Of a stretch of DNA of 62,396 nt, positions 29,524 to 37,592 are shown in pieces. The stretch is taken from the NCBI GenBank assembly GCA_050298055.1, contig JBNKTL010000014.1, forward strand, positions 10,791-73,186. Reading direction: 5' to 3'. Numbering within the stretch: the stretch's first letter is position 1; every line of letters starts with the position of its first letter. The notes under the pieces were generated by a model. The model had not been told where the DNA came from and made no database searches. It saw only the letters and a list, made by a program, of their open reading frames with translations. This stretch comes from Spirochaetota bacterium (GTDB lineage Bacteria; Spirochaetota; UBA4802; UBA5550). Made by a program: the position numbers and the translations under genes.

Positions 29524-29940
29524 ATGGAAAAAACATTAACGATCATTAAGCCCGATGGTGTAAAGAAGAATGTCATTGGCGATGTCATAAAGCGTTACGA
29601 AGAGAAGGGCCTGAAGGTGGTGGCAATGAAGATGATCCACCAGACTAAGGAAGAGGCAATGGGATTCTATATTGTCCATAAGGAGAGGCCCTTTTATGAC
29701 AGCCTTACCGATTTCATGTCAGAGGGGCCCGTTGTTATTATCGTCCTCGAGGGCGAGAACGCCATATCAAAGGTCAGGGAGATCATGGGCGCCACAAATC
29801 CCGCGGAGGCCGACGCCGGTACCATCAGGGCGGACCACGCGGAAAATATTGAGAGAAACACCGTGCACGGTTCCGATTCACCTGAATCAGCGGATTACGA
29901 GATCAACTACTATTTTTCCCAGCTGGAGATAGTCAGTTAA
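29524..29940 (+). CDS. ndk: Nucleoside diphosphate kinase
   Basis: [30 protein letters not shown]. Confidence 0.98.
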   Translation: MEKTLTIIKPDGVKKNVIGDVIKRYEEKGLKVVAMKMIHQTKEEAMGFYIVHKERPFYDSLTDFMSEGPVVIIVLEGENAISKVREIMGATNPAEADAGTIRADHAENIERNTVHGSDSPESADYEINYYFSQLEIVS

Positions 29941-29964
29941 ACCCGGTTTAAAGTAACCAGCCAG

Positions 29965-29994
29965 GAAGGGAGCTCGAAAGAGGTCCCTTTTTTT
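29965..29994 (+). terminator. Intrinsic terminator of ndk
   Basis: gaagggagctc-gaaa-gaggtccctt then T run. Confidence 0.85.
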
Positions 29995-29995
29995 G

Positions 29996-30014
29996 GTGCG
30001 CCCGGCATGGGCTC
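29996..30014 (+). mobile_element. 5' stub of a group IIC intron
   Basis: GTGCGCCCGGCATGGG starts right after the terminator U-tract, the characteristic class C start sequence and target context; no RT ORF or 3' domains follow. Confidence 0.7.
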
Positions 30015-30197
30015 ACATGGCATGAGTTTATCCGTGAGCATCATATTTCATATCTTTCCAGAGATCACGGCTTCCATGAAATCTTTTTTTGAATGGTGTT
30101 TATTAAAAAAACTTGACGTTTGATTCTGATTCAGGAGGTTATATTTCTATCAGATGTGGTATGCTTTTTCAGAAATTATTGCGCGATTTTTTTCGCG

Positions 30198-30322
30198 AAA
30201 TTTTAAGCGCATACTGTTAAAAAGGACACTTCGGTAAGCTCAGTATATACTTTTCAGAATGAAAAGGACCTTCTGGGGTAGATGACGGTTTCTTTTACAA
30301 AAGACATTTTGTATTTTGAACT
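30198..30322 (+). repeat. 125-bp leader repeat, copy 1
   Basis: About 90% identical (manual alignment) to 31299-31423; each copy precedes an immunity-like gene. Confidence 0.95.
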
Positions 30323-30345
30323 AGTGTTTATGTAGAGAACTTTCC
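30317..30345 (+). repeat. 29-bp direct repeat, left copy
   Basis: tgaactagtgtttatgtagagaactttcc identical to 31049-31077. Confidence 0.95.
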
Positions 30346-30463
30346 TGGAAAAAGAGTCCTACATTGAGATATCCGATGAAAGTGAAGATTTTGGAGTTCC
30401 GCCCGGTGTGAAAGAAAAACTGAGGCCTTATGAAATATTGCTGGAATGGTATTGAATTTGGTT

Positions 30464-31024
30464 ATGTACTATGTAATGCTGCCTAGACAAGAGATGTACG
30501 ACATGCTTCGCCTGAAGCAGAATATAGAGAATGCAAGTTGGGTAGATGGAGTTCCTTTTTTACAACCTTTGCCGCTTCTAGAATTCTTTGTTGAAATAAA
30601 CGATCCATTTACCTGGTGTGATTACTTTCGCCCGGCGGCGAATATACCTCTTTTTTCCGGTCAAATGAAGAGTTGGCTGGATTCAGTCGGCGTGGACAAT
30701 ATAGATTATTATGATGCTGTGGTAACCAATATGGTTACAGAAGAGAGTCGTTCCTATCATGCTGCCAATATTATTGGGCAAGTTCTCTGTATGGATACGG
30801 AGAAGTCGGAATATACCCTTTTTGATGAAGATTATTATATGGCCGAAGATATCCAACGGCTGGTTCTTGATGAATCAAAATTGCTTGATACAAGGATTTG
30901 CAGACTCGCCGAATTTGACTTGCTGGTGTTTGTGCATGAAGAGGTAAAGTCAGTATTAACGGCAAGCGGTTGTGTCGGAGTGGAATTTGTGGAGCCTGAA
31001 GACTGGGATGGGTTTTCATCATAG
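30464..31024 (+). CDS. Imm11 / DUF1629-like immunity protein
   Basis: D...IPLFSGQMKSWL..GVDNIDYYD...YHAANI..VLCMDTEKSEY...IQRLVLDE...ICRLAE...VFVHEEVK..L...GCVGVEF pattern; start 30464 or 30446. Confidence 0.75.
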   Translation: MYYVMLPRQEMYDMLRLKQNIENASWVDGVPFLQPLPLLEFFVEINDPFTWCDYFRPAANIPLFSGQMKSWLDSVGVDNIDYYDAVVTNMVTEESRSYHAANIIGQVLCMDTEKSEYTLFDEDYYMAEDIQRLVLDESKLLDTRICRLAEFDLLVFVHEEVKSVLTASGCVGVEFVEPEDWDGFSS

Positions 31025-31048
31025 GTGTGTGATATTTCGAGACAAAAA

Positions 31049-31077
31049 TGAACTAGTGTTTATGTAGAGAACTTTCC
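31049..31077 (+). repeat. 29-bp direct repeat, right copy
   Basis: Identical to 30317-30345, 24 nt after the Imm11-like stop. Confidence 0.95.
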
Positions 31078-31298
31078 GAGAAAAAAAAAGATAAAAAAGA
31101 CATCGTTATTTCCTTAAGAATATTACTTGACAAAACACTTATATGATTAGCAGTGCTTACTAGATATGTGTTTGTCAGTAAATTTTCATCCTGTAGTCTA
31201 AAAAATTTATCACATTAATTTTAATTTTACATAAGTGTTAAATCTCAATGATTTTGAGACTATAGTTTGATATTGATAAAACCTGTTCAATAATGGGT

Positions 31299-31423
31299 AA
31301 ATTTTAAGCACATACTGTTAAAAAGGACACTTCGATAAGCTCAGTATATACTTTTCAGAATGGAAAGGACCTTCTGGGGAGGGATGACGTTTTCTTTACG
31401 AGAAACATTTTGTATTTTGAACT
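31299..31423 (+). repeat. 125-bp leader repeat, copy 2
   Basis: Homologous to 30198-30322; ends 43 nt before the Imm49-like ATG. Confidence 0.95.
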
Positions 31424-31466
31424 GTTTAAGTTCCTCTAAAATCAAAAGTAAAGCAAGGAGAACAAA

Positions 31467-32282
31467 ATGGAAATTAACCTGCCTTATAAACCTGCAGCAC
31501 AGGCAATATCTAAATATGAAACAGAGTGCTATGAGTTTTTGGAAAAGTTTATAAATGAGCGTGATGAAAATATTCAATCTAATAATTTCAATTTTATAGG
31601 AGACTTTTTCGAGATAGCGTACCCGCTAACAACAATAGCATATTCTAATGGCGAAAACTTAACACGTGTTTTAGAAAAAGCTGCCGAATCTGTCAACATT
31701 GTCTGCAGGGCTTGTGAAATGGGCAATTATGATTTCCGAGATCCATTTACTTACTATATAGCTTTCTGGATTTCTTTTTTTGCAGGTGATGAAAAAAATA
31801 AAAATATATTGGCCCGGATAGAATCTAAATATTATCAACCCGGGGGCATTTTAATTGGAATGCTGCCTGACATACTTGAGATGATGCGTGCATTTGTTTT
31901 TAATAAGGATAAGGAGACCCATTTTAATGTGTTGGATTCCTTCCTGGCAATGAGTCTTAAAGAATCTCACCGGAAAGAAGAAGCAGAAATATATATACCC
32001 ATAGTTGAAGGATTTAGAAGCATTCTTAAGAAAGACCAAAAACTTTGGGAAAGTGCAGAAAAAAAGCGTATGGAAACCTGGCTTAATGAAGCGCAAAAAT
32101 ATCAAAGTCAGGTGTACGCAATGTTTCTCTTGGATTGTGAGTGGCTGGGATTAAGCCGTTTGGCAAAAGAAGCAGGTTTAAATTGTAGCAATAACAACCC
32201 ATATGTTCCAGTGGATATTTTAACTATCAAAGAAGTTCAATTAGGAAAGGGACTCGGTGATAAGTTATTAAAACAATCATGA
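31467..32282 (+). CDS. Imm49 (DUF556)-like immunity protein
   Basis: All-alpha protein ending LLDCEWLGLSRLAKEAGLNCSNNNPYVPVDIL, resembling the Imm49 C-terminal signature; RBS aaggag; AT-rich. Confidence 0.65.
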   Translation: MEINLPYKPAAQAISKYETECYEFLEKFINERDENIQSNNFNFIGDFFEIAYPLTTIAYSNGENLTRVLEKAAESVNIVCRACEMGNYDFRDPFTYYIAFWISFFAGDEKNKNILARIESKYYQPGGILIGMLPDILEMMRAFVFNKDKETHFNVLDSFLAMSLKESHRKEEAEIYIPIVEGFRSILKKDQKLWESAEKKRMETWLNEAQKYQSQVYAMFLLDCEWLGLSRLAKEAGLNCSNNNPYVPVDILTIKEVQLGKGLGDKLLKQS

Positions 32283-32470
32283 AAAATCAAATGACTTTTT
32301 GACCTGTCAATAAGAAACCTCTTCTTTCTTCATCTCTTTTACTATCCTGATAATTATTGAGTTCCCAAACAATTCTGAATGGTTTGTATTTATCCATTAT
32401 TCCTTGACTTTTCATGAATTTCATCTTTAAATTTATTAACAAAAAATTATTTCTTAACGGAGGCCGATAT

Positions 32471-33970
32471 ATGGGGAAATTCAAAGAATACAGAAATTAC
32501 GATGCCCTGGGACTGGCAGAGCTTATAAAGAAGAAAAAAATATCAGCATCGGAACTTCTTGAGGAGGCAATTTCCCGTATAGAAGAGCTGAACCCGATTC
32601 TCAATGCCGTAATCACACCCATGTACGATATTGCCAGGGAGTACGCTAAAGGTGACATTCCCCGTGGTCCCTTCACCGGGGTCCCTTTCCTGCTGAAGGA
32701 TATTATGACGGCATACAAAGGGGTTCCCATGAGCAGCGGGTCCCGGGCCCTGAAGGATTACTGTCCCGACTATGACAGTGAAATGACAGTGAGGTTTAAA
32801 AAGGCGGGCCTGAATATTGCCGGAAAAACAAATACCCCTGAATTCGGGCTTATGGGCATAACGGAGCCCGAGCTCTTCGGGCCAACCAGGAATCCCTGGA
32901 ATACCGGCCATACCCCGGGAGGGTCCAGCGGGGGGGCTGCTGCCGCGGTGGCCTCGGGAATGGTCCCCATGGCTTCCGGGAATGACGGGGGAGGTTCCAT
33001 CCGGATCCCCGCTTCCTGTTGCGGGCTCTTCGGGCTCAAGCCCAGCAGGGGACGTAATCCCCTGGGACCGGCATCGGGAGAGGTCTGGCAGGGAGCCGAT
33101 GTTGAGGGTGTTATCAGCAGGTCCGTGAGGGACAGCGCCGCCGCTCTTGATGCAACCCAGGGGAGTGACAGGGGGGCTCCTTTTATTATCCCGGAACCGG
33201 AAATATCATACATGAATGAAATGAAGAAGAAACCCGGGACCCTTAAAATCGCCTTTACAAGCGATTCCCCCCTGGGAACGGAAGTGCACCGGGAATGCGT
33301 GAATGCCGTCTCGGATGCGGCGGGGCTCCTGGAGGAGCTGGGACATAAGGTGGAAAATGACAAACCGTCCTATGACGGCAGGGGGCTGGGCGTGAGCTAT
33401 ATAACACTCTATATGGGTGAAATGGCCGCGGATATCCGGAAAGTTGCGGAATTAACGGGAAAAAAAGCGGGAAGCGGCGGTTTCGAACTGACCACATGGA
33501 TCCTCGGCATGCTGGGAAGGACATACAGTGCCGGTGATTTTGTGGAGGCAAGGAGGTTGTGGGACAGCGCCTCCCGGGCAATGGGAGAGTTTTTTAAGAA
33601 GTATGATATATTCGTTACCCCGGTGGTTGCCTCTCCGCCGGTAAAGATAGGGGAGTTGAAGCCGAAACCGGTTGAAGTTGCGGGGATGAAGCTTGTCAGC
33701 GCTCTCCGGCTGGGAAAACTCCTGAAGGCCTCCGGGATTGTGCATAAACTGGCCGAGGAAAGCCTCGAAAAAACCCCCTTTACCCAGCTGGCAAACCTTA
33801 CGGGACTCCCGGCAATGTCGGTACCCCTCTACTGGACAGAGGAGGGGCTTCCCATAGGAATACAGTTTATTGCAAAATTCGGGTGTGAAAACAGACTTTT
33901 CAGGCTCGCAGCGCAGCTTGAGAAGGCCCGGCCCTGGTTTAACCGTGTACCGGAGGTGAAAAAAGATTAA
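32471..33970 (+). CDS. Amidase signature family enzyme
   Basis: GVPFLLKD, GKTNTPEFG, GGSSGG, NDGGGSIRIPAS, NLTGLPAMSVP. Confidence 0.95.
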   Translation: MGKFKEYRNYDALGLAELIKKKKISASELLEEAISRIEELNPILNAVITPMYDIAREYAKGDIPRGPFTGVPFLLKDIMTAYKGVPMSSGSRALKDYCPDYDSEMTVRFKKAGLNIAGKTNTPEFGLMGITEPELFGPTRNPWNTGHTPGGSSGGAAAAVASGMVPMASGNDGGGSIRIPASCCGLFGLKPSRGRNPLGPASGEVWQGADVEGVISRSVRDSAAALDATQGSDRGAPFIIPEPEISYMNEMKKKPGTLKIAFTSDSPLGTEVHRECVNAVSDAAGLLEELGHKVENDKPSYDGRGLGVSYITLYMGEMAADIRKVAELTGKKAGSGGFELTTWILGMLGRTYSAGDFVEARRLWDSASRAMGEFFKKYDIFVTPVVASPPVKIGELKPKPVEVAGMKLVSALRLGKLLKASGIVHKLAEESLEKTPFTQLANLTGLPAMSVPLYWTEEGLPIGIQFIAKFGCENRLFRLAAQLEKARPWFNRVPEVKKD

Positions 33971-34030
33971 AAATTTCAATTTTTTTTGACGTCCGGACGG
34001 ATTTTTTGTATATTAACCTGGTGGTCAAAA

Positions 34031-35002
34031 ATGATAAGAATCGGGATATACAGGTCAACAGTGAGAGCAGTCAGCATATTTCTTATTTATACTGTATCGT
34101 TCCTGCTTTTTACCGGCTGTGAAAAAGACAACTTCAACGATATTATCGATAATGAATCTGTCTTAAACAACCTTCCCATCCCCGGGAATAACGGAAGCAT
34201 CCTGGTATCGGGTATACTCTCTGACAGGGTCACCTTGTCGTGGGCTAGTGCCGGTGATGACAGCACACCCTCTGCCGAACTTCAGTATATGGTTGTGAGT
34301 TCATCCTCCGGTAACTTAAACGATACTGATTCCGCCGTGGTAAACGGTACGATCGCCATGTCATGGACTGCCGGTTCTTCAACACATACTGTAACAGGGC
34401 TTACCTCCGGAGAAATAATCTACTTAAATGTGCTCGTGAAGGACGGGGACGGATATATTTCCGCTTATAGAGAAGTTTCCGTGATCACTGCGGGTTCCGG
34501 AGCTTCCGGTTCCGGTACGATCTATATGGTTTCAGCAGGGCAAAATAAGGGGGACCTTGGCGGGAGATTTGGGGCAGATCTGATATGCCGATCATATATA
34601 ACCGTTAATTACCCTTCGCTCCCTGTATCTCACATGAGGGCGTTTATTTCAATTAATGCTGTAGACCAGATTGCTAATTTTCCTGTGAATTTCGGTGTTC
34701 CTGCCGGTGTTGCCATTAAGGGGCCTACGGATACCGTTATTGCCGATAACTGGGCGGACCTTATGGACTATAGTATACAAAATAATTTGAACGATGCTGT
34801 TCCTGATATGACTCACTGGTGGTCGGGATCTGATGTTGACGGGAATTGGATGAGTAATGCTACGTCTTGTAATGGTTTTACTGATGATGGAAATACGAAT
34901 AATGGTGAGGTCGGTGACCATACTGCAACCGATTCAGCCTGGATTGATTATGGAACAGGCGGTTGCAACAGCAACCAGACCCTTTTATGCATCGGGTGGT
35001 GA
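34031..35002 (+). CDS. Lipoprotein with FN3 domain and DUF1554 (endostatin-like, Len-type) domain
   Basis: Lipobox FTGC; VTLSWASAGDD...LQY...TVTGL...NVLVKD (FN3); GDLGGRFGADLIC...IADNWADL...WSG...CNGFT...C...LLC. Confidence 0.8.
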   Translation: MIRIGIYRSTVRAVSIFLIYTVSFLLFTGCEKDNFNDIIDNESVLNNLPIPGNNGSILVSGILSDRVTLSWASAGDDSTPSAELQYMVVSSSSGNLNDTDSAVVNGTIAMSWTAGSSTHTVTGLTSGEIIYLNVLVKDGDGYISAYREVSVITAGSGASGSGTIYMVSAGQNKGDLGGRFGADLICRSYITVNYPSLPVSHMRAFISINAVDQIANFPVNFGVPAGVAIKGPTDTVIADNWADLMDYSIQNNLNDAVPDMTHWWSGSDVDGNWMSNATSCNGFTDDGNTNNGEVGDHTATDSAWIDYGTGGCNSNQTLLCIGW

Positions 35003-35015
35003 AAGAGCAGATTTA

Positions 35016-35702
35016 TCAGTCAACCCATTTAACGCTGTCCAGATCTTTTAACCCGAGTTTCCCAAAGCGGCCTTTCCATTTTCTGTCCAGCCTGCAGTTT
35101 TTGAAGATTGCCCCTTTAATCACGGAAAGGGTGAATATGGCGCCTCTCAGGTCGGCCCCGGTGAAATCCGTATTGATGAGCCTGCTGCCGGAGAAACGGG
35201 CCCTTTTCAGGTCCGCCCTTTGAAAGCCTGTTCCGGAGAGGTCCGTTCCGCTGAAATCAGCCTCCTGAAGCTTTGAACCGGAGAAGAGGCTCATGTCCGC
35301 AATGGCGCCGCTGATGTCCGCCTTCGTGAGATCGGCCCCGGAAAAATCAGCTTTCCTCATGTCAGTCCCGCTGAGATTTGCACCCGCCAGGACGGCGCTT
35401 TTAAACTTCGCCCTTTTCAGGTCCGCCGAAAGAAGAGACGCTTCAGTGAGGTTTGCCCCGGAGAGATCGGCGTCCCGGAGGTCCACAATAACATGCTTTC
35501 CCGTATGAATGATCTTCCCGAATTTAACCTTCCCCAGGTCCGCGCCGGTGAGGTCCGCACCGCGGAGGTCCGACCCGTGAAAATCGGTATTTCTCAGATC
35601 AGCGCCTCTGAAATCTTTTCCCCTGAGGTCTTTCCGGCTCAGGTCGGTTTTGCATCCGCTGAAAAGGAGCAAAAAGAGGACCACTTTTACGGTTTGCTTC
35701 AT
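35016..35702 (-). CDS. Pentapeptide-repeat lipoprotein
   Basis: Lipobox FSGC; many ADLxG/ANLSG repeats. Confidence 0.92.
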   Translation of the reverse strand: MKQTVKVVLFLLLFSGCKTDLSRKDLRGKDFRGADLRNTDFHGSDLRGADLTGADLGKVKFGKIIHTGKHVIVDLRDADLSGANLTEASLLSADLKRAKFKSAVLAGANLSGTDMRKADFSGADLTKADISGAIADMSLFSGSKLQEADFSGTDLSGTGFQRADLKRARFSGSRLINTDFTGADLRGAIFTLSVIKGAIFKNCRLDRKWKGRFGKLGLKDLDSVKWVD

Positions 35703-35859
35703 TTTAAATTACCTGCTCAAGTTATTATCCCGGTACAGGATAAATTCCTGAACTTGATTTGCAACACAAAATTCCAAAGATAAGCCATGGAGATGTAGAT
35801 AATAGATAAATATTTAAAACTGCCAGAACACAAAGTTTTAAAAATAAAGAAAAAAGAGA

Positions 35860-35947
35860 AGGGGGATAGGGGGGATACGGAGGGGATGTGGGGGATGTAA
35901 TATATTTCCAACTTCTCTTATCCCCTTATCTCCCTATCCCCTTTCTT
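35860..35947. repeat. Palindromic gggggata.../...tatcccc tandem repeat element
   Basis: agggggatagggggga-tacggaggggatgtgggga ... tccccttatctccctatccccttt inverted arms made of about 9-mer units. Confidence 0.7.
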
Positions 35948-36025
35948 ACACTCTTTCTTTCTCAGTGACTCTGAGCTTCTGTTGCAAGCCTTCCTTTCAT
36001 GTCTTTGAATTTAATTCGTATTTTT

Positions 36026-36217
36026 TTAAAGATAGGCGGAGGGTGTGCTGATGATCTTTTTTGCGATCTTATAGTCATCGGTGGTTTCAATTATCTGGAA
36101 TTGTCTTTCGCAATTGTCACAGTAGTAGAATTTTTCGGAACTCCTGTCGGCATGTCTGTATATCCTCAGGAAGGTCAGGTATTTATAGTTGCATTTGGGG
36201 CAGTAAAGTTCATCCAC
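36026..36217 (-). CDS. Small zinc-ribbon protein
   Basis: CPKC...YYCDNC; GTG start with aagggtg RBS. Confidence 0.6.
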   Translation of the reverse strand: MDELYCPKCNYKYLTFLRIYRHADRSSEKFYYCDNCERQFQIIETTDDYKIAKKIISTPSAYL

Positions 36218-36503
36218 TTTTTATTCACCCTTAAAACAATATCCTGAGTAACGACTCAGGCCTGGCAGAAAACATATTTGATATTTCACCGCAGCCTTTG
36301 GTAGCGGGGACACACCGGTGATATATTAAACATGTATAATTTTAATCACAGAACTAAATAGTTAATATCCTGCATAATATAAAATAGTGTAAATTTTCTT
36401 TTTTTCAAGTAAATTTACCGCAACTTTTTTTAATATTGACAGGATCCTGTGAGGGCAATCACCATGGTAAGCTCAAAAACAGTAATCATCAGGATACTCA
36501 TAC

Positions 36504-37277
36504 ATGAAAAAATCGATTTCTCACCCGGCTTTTTTTCTGCTGTTAACATATGTCTCAAGTGTTGTCTTCTTCAGTGCCTGTGAACCGGCGGAATCGGGTC
36601 CCGGTATTTATGGGAAGATATCGAAAAGCAACTATCTCACCGGAAGGTTTGATCCGTCAAAACATCCCTCTTTTGTTAATCTTAAAAAGGCCGGTATACC
36701 TGTTGATCAGAAGGTCCATTTCCTCAGGAAGAGGACAGCCGCTGCCCTTAAAAAAATGATCCGTGCGTTTCAAAAGGAGAATCCCGGTGTAAAAATATGG
36801 GTGAGGAGTTCCACAAGGAATTTTGCCAGCCAGAAATATATCTGGGAGAGAAAATGGAGGTCGGGAAAATATGGGAAAAAGGGTGAAAAACCGGGGGTCA
36901 TAGCCGGAAATATCCTGAAATACTCATCCATGCCCGGGACCTCCCGGCACCACTGGGGAACAGATTTCGATATTAACAACCTGACCAACAGCTATTTCAG
37001 CCGGGGAGAGGGGAAGATCATCTACACCTGGTTAAGAAAAAATGCCTCAAAGTACGGGTTCTGTCAGCCTTATACCGCGGGAAGAAAAAAGGGTTACAAC
37101 GAGGAGAGATGGCACTGGTCCTATCTCCCCCTCTCGAGAATATTCCTTAAAGAGTGGAACAGTCTCTATGCGAAAAAAAGAGAACTCTTTACAGGGAAAG
37201 GGGTCTTTCCCGGATCTGAAAGTTCAGGGAAGCTCGCGCCGGTTTATGTAAACGGTATTAATAACAAATGCAAGTAG
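36504..37277 (+). CDS. M15B (VanY-like) D-Ala-D-Ala carboxypeptidase lipoprotein
   Basis: SSTRNF..Q, SSMPGTSRHHWGTDFD, WL..NA.KYGF, EERWHWSY. Confidence 0.93.
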   Translation: MKKSISHPAFFLLLTYVSSVVFFSACEPAESGPGIYGKISKSNYLTGRFDPSKHPSFVNLKKAGIPVDQKVHFLRKRTAAALKKMIRAFQKENPGVKIWVRSSTRNFASQKYIWERKWRSGKYGKKGEKPGVIAGNILKYSSMPGTSRHHWGTDFDINNLTNSYFSRGEGKIIYTWLRKNASKYGFCQPYTAGRKKGYNEERWHWSYLPLSRIFLKEWNSLYAKKRELFTGKGVFPGSESSGKLAPVYVNGINNKCK

Positions 37278-37289
37278 TAAAATAAGAAA

Positions 37290-37592
37290 TTATGAATTTT
37301 AAATGTTGAATTTTAAATTATAAGAAGATTTTTAACCGTAGTTGTACGCGGATGTTAAAGAAGTTTCGTAATTTTACACTGTTATCATGAGGAGGCCGGC
37401 TTTTGGACATCCGTGTCCTCGCCGCCACTACTGTCCTCCTGACAGTATCGCAGCGACGTGATCTGTTCCCCTCGATACAATTTGCTGCACTTTATAAAGA
37501 GCAGGATCATATCGAGATGAGCCACGCTGCGCTCACTGTGACAGTAATCCCGGACACTACTTGAAACTTGAAAATCGTAACGTGTAACTATT
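37290..37592. repeat. Composite intergenic repeat, copy B, with inserted twin GGA hairpins
   Basis: Heptamer runs at both ends; element gttatcatgaggag...cgcagcgacgtgatc...gagatgagccacgctgcgctcactgtgac; shares 44-nt core with 9748-9791. Confidence 0.85.

Noticed and set aside
30198..31423. CRISPR array or dif/attC interpretation of the 125-bp and 29-bp repeats
   Set aside because: Only two copies each, 0.7-1.1 kb apart, with no cas genes. The 29-mer lacks the XerC/XerD 11-6-11 palindromy and the RYYYAAC/GTTRRRY ends.
31360..31554. 64-aa ORF starting within the leader repeat
   Set aside because: The other leader copy stops after 8 codons, and this ORF overlaps the Imm49-like gene; not a conserved CDS.
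36270..36330. Guanidine-IV riboswitch (CACCGG and GCGGU loops)
   Set aside because: The GCGG is in a stem rather than a terminator loop, there is no U-tract terminator, and the downstream gene is not a transporter.
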